A DNA stretch of 64,000 nt from Candidatus Latescibacterota bacterium. GTDB taxonomy: Bacteria > Latescibacterota > UBA2968 > UBA8231. Where the stretch lies: contig CBDCDC010000002.1 in assembly GCA_965215195.1 (NCBI GenBank), forward strand, positions 672,001-736,000. Direction: 5' to 3'. A program made the translations under genes and the position numbers. Shown piece after piece: positions 28,761 to 36,773 of this stretch; within the stretch, counting starts at the first letter, position 1; each line of letters opens with the position of its first letter. The notes below the pieces were generated by a model. It was not told where the DNA came from. It saw nothing but the letters and a program-made list of their open reading frames with translations, and did not search any database.

Positions 28761-29007
28761 TTTTCCCTCCCGTCGGGAAGAGGGAGAGTTGATCCGGGTT
28801 TGGGGGCATCGCCCTCCCGCGCAAGAGCAGCGGCCCCTCGTGGTGCAGGGACAACCAGTGCTCGATCTCGCTCTGGCGAAACCGCACTAGCCTGCCAAAT
28901 CTATAGTGGGGAATCTGGCCTCGACGAACGAAGCGATGCACAGTGGAGGGCGAACAGCGGAGATAGGCGGCGACCTCTCCGACGATCATCATCTGTTTCT
29001 GCCCCAT
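28750..29007 (-). CDS. Excisionase-like (HTH_17) DNA-binding protein
   Basis: EVAAYLRCSPSTVHRFVRRGQIPHYRFGRLVRF. Confidence 0.85.
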   Translation of the reverse strand: MGQKQMMIVGEVAAYLRCSPSTVHRFVRRGQIPHYRFGRLVRFRQSEIEHWLSLHHEGPLLLRGRAMPPNPDQLSLFPTGGKNGE

Positions 29008-29025
29008 AGCTCTGCACCCAAGTGC

Positions 29026-29466
29026 TCAGCAACGCAGAAGGCGGTCGGCGATAAAGAAATTGTTGTCAGTCTCTTGGATAGAAACTTCGATGTGGTACTG
29101 ATAACCGCGCCGTGGGAACAGCTTCTGCAATATCTCGACTGCTTGGCCGAGGCAGTACTCAGCTACGTTTTCTACACTCGGATTTTCGCCTGGCATGACC
29201 ACGACTCCCTGCGGATCGAAGAGCTTGGGATCGAGAAAGGTCGTATCCCGTGCGGAAATCAACATCTTGTGGTCCAAGAATTTGAAGATGTCCTTGAGCG
29301 CACCGAAGTCAACGGACATATCTAGTTTTGCCAGCCGCGGAAAGCACTCGGTGCGGACGACAAACGCGCCGCGCCAAGTATGCCCGTGGACGTAGGCGCA
29401 TTTGCCATCGTAGTCTAGCTGCCGATGGGCGGCGTGGAACTTACCTCGGGCCTTAATGGTCTCCAT
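29026..29466 (-). CDS. queD: 6-carboxytetrahydropterin synthase (PTPS-I/QueD)
   Basis: FHAAH, CAYVHGH (Cx3HGH), DFG.LK, LDH, PSVEN and QET. Confidence 0.85.
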   Translation of the reverse strand: METIKARGKFHAAHRQLDYDGKCAYVHGHTWRGAFVVRTECFPRLAKLDMSVDFGALKDIFKFLDHKMLISARDTTFLDPKLFDPQGVVVMPGENPSVENVAEYCLGQAVEILQKLFPRRGYQYHIEVSIQETDNNFFIADRLLRC

Positions 29467-29725
29467 GCGAGCTATCTCCCCCGACCCCTGCCAGCGCTTT
29501 CTCCAAGCGAGTGCGGTAGTACCAAGTCCCCACCGACGCGAGGGCCTGCAACGCGATGACGTAGTAGAGTGCCTTGCCAGTCGCTCGCACCCACTCTGCT
29601 GTCGAGACCGTGGTTAGGATGATGATGAGCGCGAAAGCCGCGAGTATGACCCCGGTGTTGATGCGGAGCATCTTCTGGCATAGTGCCAGTGCTTTGTGCC
29701 GGGCTGCGTTGGTGTCTTCCGCCAT
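29453..29725 (-). CDS. Small two-TM hypothetical membrane protein
   Basis: Two hydrophobic helices; tightly packed between dxr and queD. Confidence 0.7.
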   Translation of the reverse strand: MAEDTNAARHKALALCQKMLRINTGVILAAFALIIILTTVSTAEWVRATGKALYYVIALQALASVGTWYYRTRLEKALAGVGGDSSHGDH

Positions 29726-29728
29726 AAA

Positions 29729-30895
29729 TTATCCCGTCTGCCCGGCGACCCACTCCCGGGCCAGCCGCCGGGCGCAGCGGTCCTCGTCTAATATGGATTC
29801 GAGGGAAACCGCCCCCTGCGTGCCGCAGTGCGCAAGCACGTCGCAGTTCAGGTCGGCGATATCGAGGAACCCGATTTGCCGCGCCAAAAAAGCTCCCACA
29901 GCTTCCTCATTGGCCGCGTTGAGAGCGGCTGGAAAGGTTCCGCCACTCCGACCTGCTTGGTAGCACAGATCCAGACCGGGAAAATTCGCTCTGTCCGGAG
30001 CGGCGAAACTCAGCTGGCCCACTTGCTCGAGGTCGAGGTTGTCGAGAGGCACCGCCCGCCGCTCTGGGTGGGTTAGCGCGTATTGGATCGGCAGCAGCAT
30101 ATCGGTCTTGCCCATGTGAGCCAACAGCGATCCATCGGCGAATTCAACCAGTGCATGCACAACGGACTGGCGGTGGACGACCACATCCACTTGTTCGACC
30201 GCCACGCCAAAGAGCCAAGCAGCCTCAATGACTTCAAAGCCCTTGTTCATCAGGGTTGCCGAATCCACGCTGATTTTGGGACCCATTTTCCAAGTGGGGT
30301 GATCGAGGGCCTGCTCTGGGGTGATGTCGCGCATTTGCTCGCGGCTGTGCCCAAAGAACGGCCCCCCAGAGGCCGTGAGGATGATCCGCTTCAGGCTTTT
30401 GCGATTTTCGCCCTTCAGGCACTGCCAAATGGCATTGGGCTCGCTGTCCAACGGCAGCACGGTCCCCCCGCCGCGCCGGGCTTGCTGCAAAATTAGCCCG
30501 CCGGCCATAACCAAGGGCTCCTTGTTGGCCATAGCCACGGTCTTGCCTTGCGCCAACGCCGCCAGCGTCGGAGCGAGGCCGATGGCACCGACGAGCCCAT
30601 TGAGCACTAGATCGGCCTCCGGCATGGTGGCTAGCTCGCACAGCCCCTCTTCGCCGCAAACTACCTCGACCCGCGGCACTGTGCTCTGCACCTGTTTTCT
30701 AGCTTCGGCGTCTAGAGCGCAGATTTTTTGCGGCTGCCAGCGGCGGGCACGTGCGATCAGCTTTTCGACCTTGGTCCCACCTCCTAAGCCCACGACCTCG
30801 TACCCATCTCCCAAGTTTTCGAGGACCTTGAAACACGTGTCGCCAATGGACCCGGTGCAGCCGAGGACGACGATTTTTTTAGGGTCGTCAGCCAT
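29729..30895 (-). CDS. dxr: 1-deoxy-D-xylulose 5-phosphate reductoisomerase
   Basis: LGCTGSIG, ANKE, DSE, TASGGPF, HPTWKMGPKISVDSATLMNKG and NAANE; start moved to MADDPKK. Confidence 0.96.
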   Translation of the reverse strand: MADDPKKIVVLGCTGSIGDTCFKVLENLGDGYEVVGLGGGTKVEKLIARARRWQPQKICALDAEARKQVQSTVPRVEVVCGEEGLCELATMPEADLVLNGLVGAIGLAPTLAALAQGKTVAMANKEPLVMAGGLILQQARRGGGTVLPLDSEPNAIWQCLKGENRKSLKRIILTASGGPFFGHSREQMRDITPEQALDHPTWKMGPKISVDSATLMNKGFEVIEAAWLFGVAVEQVDVVVHRQSVVHALVEFADGSLLAHMGKTDMLLPIQYALTHPERRAVPLDNLDLEQVGQLSFAAPDRANFPGLDLCYQAGRSGGTFPAALNAANEEAVGAFLARQIGFLDIADLNCDVLAHCGTQGAVSLESILDEDRCARRLAREWVAGQTG

Positions 30896-30911
30896 TTCAG
30901 TTGGGGCGAAT

Positions 30912-32570
30912 TTAGCTGCTGTCGCCCCCTCTGCGGCCTCCGTTGCGCGGTCGACGACCGCTCCCATTGCGGGCATCGTTGTTGCGCCGGTCGCCGCGGC
31001 CCCGCTCGGTGTGGCGCACCACCTGCGTCTGGCGCACGACCACGACCTTGACTTGGCCCGCAAAGGTCAATTCGGCCTTGACGCGCTCGGCTATATCGAA
31101 TGCCAGCATCTCGGCGTCTTCGTCCCCGATCTGTTCGCCGCAGACCATGACGCGAATTTCGCGGCCAGCGTTGATAGCGTACACGTCTTTAACGCCTTCA
31201 AACGAAGTCGCGATTTCTTCCAAGCGCATGATGCGGCGGGTATAGCCTTCGAGATCTTCGCGCCGCCCCCCGGGCCGTATCGACGATATGGTATCGGCCG
31301 CCTTGACCAAGAAGCAGATCGGCGATAGACGCTCGTGGTCCTCGTGGTGCTCGGCGATGACTTCCCTGACGATCGGATGCTCGTTGAATCGCTCGCTCAG
31401 CTTAATGCCCAATTCGACGTGGCCCCCTTCCATCTCCTTGCTGACGGTCTTGCCGATATCGTGCAAGAGGCCCGCCCGCTTGGCCAACGCCACATCTAAT
31501 CCTACCTCGGCGGCCATCCCCCCGGACAAATGGGCGACCTCTAGGCAGTGCTGTAGGAGGTTTTGCCCAAAGCTAGCGCGATATTTGAGCATGCCCACGT
31601 AATAGGGCAAATCGGCGTGGTATTGGCGGGCCCCAATCTCGCTGAGAGCACTCTTGCCGACCTCGACCATGTCTTGGTCTAGGGCCTTGCGGCACTTCTC
31701 TACCACTTCCTCGATTCTGGTCGGAGTAAAGCCGCCACCGCCAATTAGCTGATGCATCGCACGACTGGCCACTTCGCGCCGCGCTGGATCGTAGGACGAA
31801 AGCAACACGGCGTCGGGCGTATCATCGACCACGACTTTGACTCCGGTCGCCGTCTCAAATGCGCGCACATTGCGCCCTTCCTTGCCGATGATGCGACTTT
31901 TGATTCCCTCGTTGGGCAAGGGCACGGTCGAGGTGACCAAGTGGACGGTCTCTTCAACTGCACAGCGCTGAATGGCTTGGGCGATGATTTTTTTGGCTTC
32001 TCGATCCGACTCTTCCTTCGCCTTGGTGCGCTCGCTGCGGATCATGGCCGCTGCCCGCCCGCGGACCTCGCTGGCCAGATGCTCCATCATCTGTTCGCGT
32101 GCCTCGTCTGCGGGCAGCCCACTGGCCAGCTCTAGACGTTGCTGGTACTCGGCGCGCATCTGGCCCAGTTCCCCTTCTTCTTCTTTTAAGGTCCGTTCGC
32201 GCTGGCCAATCCGCCGCTCCTGATTTTTGAGGCGGTTCCACGCCCGGCTCTGCTCTTCTTTCTGGCTATTGAGGTCGCGGACGAGCTGTGCCAAGCTCTT
32301 ATCGCGACGGTTGAGATCGGCCAATTGATCTTCTAACTGGGCCTCTTGGCGGGCTTTGGTTTTATACCAGTTGTCCCACTCCTCGAGCAAGCTCAGCCGC
32401 ACCGCACGCTCTTCTTCGGCCAACTGTTGCCGCACTCGGTCTTCTGCCTCTTTCTCCACTTGGGGCAGGATGCCCTTTTTTAATTGATAACTCAGCAGAA
32501 AACCCAGACCACCGCCCAAAGCGAGCAGACCTAAGCCCGCTAATGCTTGGATCGTATCTGGATATTCCAT
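30912..32570 (-). CDS. rny: Ribonuclease Y
   Basis: N-terminal TM, coiled coil, KH (RIIGKEGRNVR), HD (LLHDIGK) and RPGGR...AGREIRV. Confidence 0.95.
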   Translation of the reverse strand: MEYPDTIQALAGLGLLALGGGLGFLLSYQLKKGILPQVEKEAEDRVRQQLAEEERAVRLSLLEEWDNWYKTKARQEAQLEDQLADLNRRDKSLAQLVRDLNSQKEEQSRAWNRLKNQERRIGQRERTLKEEEGELGQMRAEYQQRLELASGLPADEAREQMMEHLASEVRGRAAAMIRSERTKAKEESDREAKKIIAQAIQRCAVEETVHLVTSTVPLPNEGIKSRIIGKEGRNVRAFETATGVKVVVDDTPDAVLLSSYDPARREVASRAMHQLIGGGGFTPTRIEEVVEKCRKALDQDMVEVGKSALSEIGARQYHADLPYYVGMLKYRASFGQNLLQHCLEVAHLSGGMAAEVGLDVALAKRAGLLHDIGKTVSKEMEGGHVELGIKLSERFNEHPIVREVIAEHHEDHERLSPICFLVKAADTISSIRPGGRREDLEGYTRRIMRLEEIATSFEGVKDVYAINAGREIRVMVCGEQIGDEDAEMLAFDIAERVKAELTFAGQVKVVVVRQTQVVRHTERGRGDRRNNDARNGSGRRPRNGGRRGGDSS

Positions 32571-32648
32571 TGCAGTAAGCCTTGAAGGTCTTGAGGTTTA
32601 ATTGGTACTAATATGGATAGGCAAATGCCGGTTGTGGACTCCCACTCA

Positions 32649-34010
32649 CTACGTCTGGAGGGCGGCCTCTAGCGCCGCTTGCCGCATAGTCGCACGTTCG
32701 GCCGGGTCGCTCCAGCGCTGGGCGATCAGCGGGTCAAGCGCATCTAAGGGATCGTAGTAAAAGAAGAACTCGCCGGGCCGCACGGCCGGGCTGGTAAATA
32801 CGGCGATGCCCGTCTGGCGATCGTAGTGTTCATAGGAGTGGACATCGCGCTTCCCGCCGCCGCCCATAGTGTCAAGTACAAAGGCCGGCGTGTTGAACCC
32901 CGCGGTCCACCCCCGAATCGCCTTCTCCAAGTCGATCGCCGCCGCCAAGGTGGTACGCAGCTCTTCGACCCCGCGCACCATGTCGTGGACAAAGGTGTAA
33001 TACGGATGCACGTTGAGGTAGCTGAGCCGCCGCACGAGGTGCTGCATGGTGTCGACGTCGTCGTTGACGCCCTTTTGCAGGACGGTTTGGTTGCGCACCC
33101 CAATGCCGCGCTCCATCAATTCGTCGAGTGCGAAGCTGCTGATGGCCGTGATTTCGCGCGGGTGGTTGAAATGCGTGTGCAGCGCGACTTCCTTGTGGGC
33201 CTTGCGCCCCGCTTCGACAACCCGCGTTAGGGCATTAACCCACTCGCGGTCTGTGACGAGCTTCTGCGGCATAATCGCCGGAGCTTTTGTCGCATAGCGC
33301 ATCCGCCGCACGTGCTCAATGTTGAGCAAGCGAGTGCCGATGTATTCGATGTGTTCGGCCTTGAGGTTGGCCACATCGCCACCGCTGATGACGATGTCTT
33401 CTAATTCGGGTCGCGAAGAGACATAGGCAAAAACCTGCTCCCACCGCTGGACAACGGCACCAAAATGCACTTTCTCCACATCCTCGGTATCCAACCCTAC
33501 CGCATAGGAGCGGGTGCAGAAACGACAGTACACCGGACAGGTGTCAAGCGCCAGAAACAGCGCCCGGTCGGTGTAGCGATGCGTCAGGCCCGGCACCGGG
33601 GAATCCACTTGCTCGTACAACGAATCTAGGGCGAGTTCCGGGTGATCGGGCCGCATCCGCGACCCCATGGGCAGAAACTGAATGCGCAGCGGATCCGCGG
33701 CTGGCTCCGACCAGTCGATCAAGCTCAGCAGGTACGGAGAAATCCGCAGGCTCATCGGCGAGCGCAAAAGCCCCTGCTCGACATCGCTATAAAACGCCTC
33801 TGAAACGAGGCTGCCGAGGACCTCCCGCAGCTTCTTCAGGCTCGTCACGCTATTGCGGCTCTGAAAGCGGTGCTCGTGGAACTCATCTGCACGCAAGTCG
33901 GCATAGGCGGGAATGACGCGCCAATACTCGTCGTCGCGCAAGTCCCGGTGGGAGGTATCGAGTACCGCGCTGGTAGGTGGCGTCAGCACCTGCTCTTGAA
34001 TCTCAGACAT
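32649..34010 (-). CDS. KamA-family radical SAM aminomutase
   Basis: GLTHRY, CPVYCRFCTR, ISGGD, NQTVLQKGVND, HPYY and GGGGK (PLP lysine); start moved to MSEIQ. Confidence 0.9.
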   Translation of the reverse strand: MSEIQEQVLTPPTSAVLDTSHRDLRDDEYWRVIPAYADLRADEFHEHRFQSRNSVTSLKKLREVLGSLVSEAFYSDVEQGLLRSPMSLRISPYLLSLIDWSEPAADPLRIQFLPMGSRMRPDHPELALDSLYEQVDSPVPGLTHRYTDRALFLALDTCPVYCRFCTRSYAVGLDTEDVEKVHFGAVVQRWEQVFAYVSSRPELEDIVISGGDVANLKAEHIEYIGTRLLNIEHVRRMRYATKAPAIMPQKLVTDREWVNALTRVVEAGRKAHKEVALHTHFNHPREITAISSFALDELMERGIGVRNQTVLQKGVNDDVDTMQHLVRRLSYLNVHPYYTFVHDMVRGVEELRTTLAAAIDLEKAIRGWTAGFNTPAFVLDTMGGGGKRDVHSYEHYDRQTGIAVFTSPAVRPGEFFFYYDPLDALDPLIAQRWSDPAERATMRQAALEAALQT

Positions 34011-34027
34011 GTTCGTCCCGTGCTGCT

Positions 34028-34654
34028 TCAATTTTTCTTGATTAAATTGAAAAATTCCTCGCGCACTATCGGCTCGGCAAAACGGCCCCGCAGTGCCGAA
34101 GTGGTCGTCACCGCCCCGGGCCTTTCCACTCCCCGCATCTCCATGCACAAATGCCGGGCCTCCATTACGACGATGGATCCTTTGGGTGCCAGCTTGGCTT
34201 CGAGGAAGTCCACGATTTGTTCAGTGAGGCGCTCTTGGAGCTGGGGCCGGCGGGCGTAGAATTCGACGATGCGCACGATTTTGCTCAAGCCGACGATCGC
34301 GTCCCCAGGTATGTACGCTATGTGCGCCTTGCCGAAGAACGGAATCAGGTGGTGGGAACAAACCGAAAAAAACTCGATGTCCTTGACGAGCACCATGTTG
34401 CCGTAGCGATCGCTATTGGGAAAGCAGGTAATCGCCGGTTCGCCTTGGTCGCCCAGCTCCCGAAATATCTCCATGTACATCCGCCCGACGCGGTCTGGGG
34501 TGCCCCGCAAGTGCGGATCGCTCAAGTCGAGCCCCAAAACCTGCATGATCTGGGCGAAGTGCCCGGCTATTTCAGCGGCCTTGGCCTTGTTCTGGCCCCG
34601 GAGCCAGCTCGGGGCATCTCGCTCGCTAAGCGGCCCTATCGTCGCATCTTCCAT
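34028..34654 (-). CDS. folE: GTP cyclohydrolase I
   Basis: TPDRV, CSHHLIPF, GLSK, QLQERLT and HLCMEMRG. Confidence 0.96.
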   Translation of the reverse strand: MEDATIGPLSERDAPSWLRGQNKAKAAEIAGHFAQIMQVLGLDLSDPHLRGTPDRVGRMYMEIFRELGDQGEPAITCFPNSDRYGNMVLVKDIEFFSVCSHHLIPFFGKAHIAYIPGDAIVGLSKIVRIVEFYARRPQLQERLTEQIVDFLEAKLAPKGSIVVMEARHLCMEMRGVERPGAVTTTSALRGRFAEPIVREEFFNLIKKN

Positions 34655-34684
34655 CGCGTGTTTTCCTTTGCCGGCATCATAAAT

Positions 34685-34717
34685 AGTGGGGCAAAGCCCA
34701 CAGGGCTTTGCCCCACT
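34685..34717. terminator. Perfect 15-bp hairpin between the peroxiredoxin gene and folE
   Basis: AGTGGGGCAAAGCCC-aca-GGGCTTTGCCCCACT, followed on the minus strand by ATTTAT. Confidence 0.65.
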
Positions 34718-34739
34718 CTACTTGAGAAAACGAAGTGCT

Positions 34740-35207
34740 TCAGTTGAGCGATTGCAAACAAGCCCTAATTGCCGCAAAATCCGGCAGGACCTTGGGATCG
34801 TCGGAAACCCAAGCGTAGCGGACGATCCCCTCCCCATCGACGACGAAGGCCGAGCGCTTGGCGATGCCTTTGAAGCCCAACAGATCTTCGTGCTGGGCAC
34901 CGTACGCGGCAGACACCTCCTTGTTGAAATCGCTGAGCAGCGGAATCGCAATGCCTTCCTTCTCGGCCCAAGCATTGAGGCTAAACGGACTATCAACGCT
35001 GATTCCCAAAGCCTGGGCATCGAGCTCCTCGTACGCGTTGATTCCGGCGGAAATCTCGCACAACTCCTGTGTACAGACGCTGGTGAAGGCCAGCGGCACG
35101 AAGAGCAAGACGACGCTTTTGCCGGCGAAATCCCCGAGGCTTACTTCCTCCATAGCCGCATTCTTGAGCGTGAACGCGGGTGCGTTGTCTCCTACTTGAA
35201 TCGCCAT
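34740..35207 (-). CDS. Peroxiredoxin (AhpE/BCP-like)
   Basis: PLAFTSVCTQELC, ISVDSPF, LLSDFN and RSAFVVD. Confidence 0.92.
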   Translation of the reverse strand: MAIQVGDNAPAFTLKNAAMEEVSLGDFAGKSVVLLFVPLAFTSVCTQELCEISAGINAYEELDAQALGISVDSPFSLNAWAEKEGIAIPLLSDFNKEVSAAYGAQHEDLLGFKGIAKRSAFVVDGEGIVRYAWVSDDPKVLPDFAAIRACLQSLN

Positions 35208-35210
35208 CTG

Positions 35211-35831
35211 CTAACTCCCCATCGCCTCGGCAAAGCGGCGACTGACTTCGGTCCAGTTGACGATGTCAGTCCAAGCTGCGATATAGTCGGGCCGGCGGTT
35301 TTGATAGTTGAGATAATAGGCGTGTTCCCAGACATCGATACCGAGGATGGGAACTCCGTCGCCGGTCATTAGAGGATTGTCCTGGTTGGCGGTGCTGAGG
35401 ATGGCGAGCTTGCCATCCTTGACTACGACCCAAGCCCAGCCGCTGCCAAACCGGGTGGTAGCAGCTTGCACGAAGGCTTCGCGGGCTTCGTCGGCGCTAC
35501 CGAATGCGGCTTCGGCCGCGGCGACGAGCTCGGCCGAAGGCTCGCCGCGCTCCCCTTCTGGGGCCATGATCTGCCAAAATAGGCTGTGGTTGGCATGACC
35601 GCCGCCGTGGTTGCGCACCGCCGTGCGGATGCTCTCGGGAACGGAGTCGAGGTCGCTGATGAGGTCTTCGACGCTTTTAGCGGCCAAGTCGTCGTGCCCT
35701 TCGAGAGCGGCGTTGAGGCTGGTCACATAAGTATTGTGGTGCTTGGTATGGTGAATCTCCATGGTGCGGGCGTCTATGACGGATTCCAGTGCGTCATAGG
35801 CATAGGGGAGATCGGGAAGGGAGTGAGCCAT
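35211..35831 (-). CDS. sodA: Superoxide dismutase (probably Mn)
   Basis: HHTKHH, NHGGGH, FGSGW, NQD and DVWEHAYY. Confidence 0.95.
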   Translation of the reverse strand: MAHSLPDLPYAYDALESVIDARTMEIHHTKHHNTYVTSLNAALEGHDDLAAKSVEDLISDLDSVPESIRTAVRNHGGGHANHSLFWQIMAPEGERGEPSAELVAAAEAAFGSADEAREAFVQAATTRFGSGWAWVVVKDGKLAILSTANQDNPLMTGDGVPILGIDVWEHAYYLNYQNRRPDYIAAWTDIVNWTEVSRRFAEAMGS

Positions 35832-35877
35832 GGTGCAATCCTTTCGGCTTGAGGTTAAAACGCAAGGCGAAAATGCG

Positions 35878-36255
35878 TTAGGAGGCCGTACTGGCCTGAT
35901 AGTTTTTCACTAGGGCCCGGGTTGCGTCAGCGGCTAGCTGGGCGGCGTGGCGCTTCATTGGCGGCAGCCCCCCTAGCACCTCCTCAATAGCTGCCGGCTC
36001 TAGCTGAGCTGCGTCCGCCAGTAGCAAATCTGCCAGCAACTCGGTGAGCACTGAGCCTGCCGCGACCGAAGGGGCACAACCAAAGGTCTTGCAGCTAGCG
36101 CGGACGATGCGACCGTTTTCGACGCGGGCAAAAAGCTGCATCGAATCGCCACAGGCCTGATTTTCAGCTTGCCCCGAGGCATTGGCATCGCCGATTTGCC
36201 CTGCGTTGCGGGGATGCCGATAGTGATCGAAAACCGCTGCGCTAAAGGAGGTCAT
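35878..36255 (-). CDS. IscU/NifU-N-like Fe-S scaffold (third cysteine missing)
   Basis: [17 protein letters not shown] and LPPMKRHA. Confidence 0.88.
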   Translation of the reverse strand: MTSFSAAVFDHYRHPRNAGQIGDANASGQAENQACGDSMQLFARVENGRIVRASCKTFGCAPSVAAGSVLTELLADLLLADAAQLEPAAIEEVLGGLPPMKRHAAQLAADATRALVKNYQASTAS

Positions 36256-36300
36256 CTGCTCGCTTCAACAGCTAGTAAAGAGGTCCGAGAAGTGGGTTGT

Positions 36301-36329
36301 ATAATACTTGAGGCCACGGGGATTGTCAA
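36301..36329 (-). promoter_or_regulatory. sigma-70 promoter for iscU-sodA-prx
   Basis: TTGACA-17 nt-TATTAT on the minus strand. Confidence 0.7.
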
Positions 36330-36379
36330 CCGCACATCTCCCTGAACTGCAATCTATACAACGAGTTATAGGCACAGTA

Positions 36380-36685
36380 TTAGGCTTTGAGGCCGCCGGA
36401 ACCGCAATCCCGCCAGTAAGTCCGCACCATCTGCAAGATGTCCCAGAGTATGGTATCCTTCGCTACTTGGTCGATCAACGCGTGCAGCCTCGCGGCCTTC
36501 TCAGGCTCGATCAGCCCCAGTCCGCTCATCATCGTCAGGTGATGGATCAAGCCCGTTTGCAATAACGTGCGGTTCATGTCCGAGAGGGGGATGCTGCTTT
36601 TGTTGGCGAACTCCTCTTCGAGGCCGGCATAGAGTTCGGCCAAGCTGTGGGAAAGTGTGGTCTCAACTTTGTAAATTTTTTCCAT
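36380..36685 (-). CDS. Hypothetical protein (possible ribbon-helix-helix-like N-terminus)
   Basis: gagagg RBS; TTGACA-16-TATATT promoter upstream (about 36718-36745). Confidence 0.75.
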   Translation of the reverse strand: MEKIYKVETTLSHSLAELYAGLEEEFANKSSIPLSDMNRTLLQTGLIHHLTMMSGLGLIEPEKAARLHALIDQVAKDTILWDILQMVRTYWRDCGSGGLKA

Positions 36686-36773
36686 GCGCCTCTCGCCTGC
36701 GTGGGAGCCTTGCGGTTAATATACCCGGCGCGTTCCCACTGTCAACAAGGCTCGGCCCGAAAGGCGCGGTTGG

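Noticed and set aside
28750-29007. Excisionase-like gene as a sign of a prophage or ICE
   Set aside because: It is embedded in a housekeeping operon with no phage or integrase genes.
32571-32648. 6S RNA upstream of rny
   Set aside because: The gap is only 78 bp, too short.
32649-34010. Calling this gene epmB or kamA proper
   Set aside because: It is longer than EpmB, has no efp/epmA or lysine-fermentation context, and the substrate is unsupported.
29026-34654. 7-deazaguanine DNA-modification (dpd) island
   Set aside because: No dpdA/tgt-like, queC or queE genes in the window.
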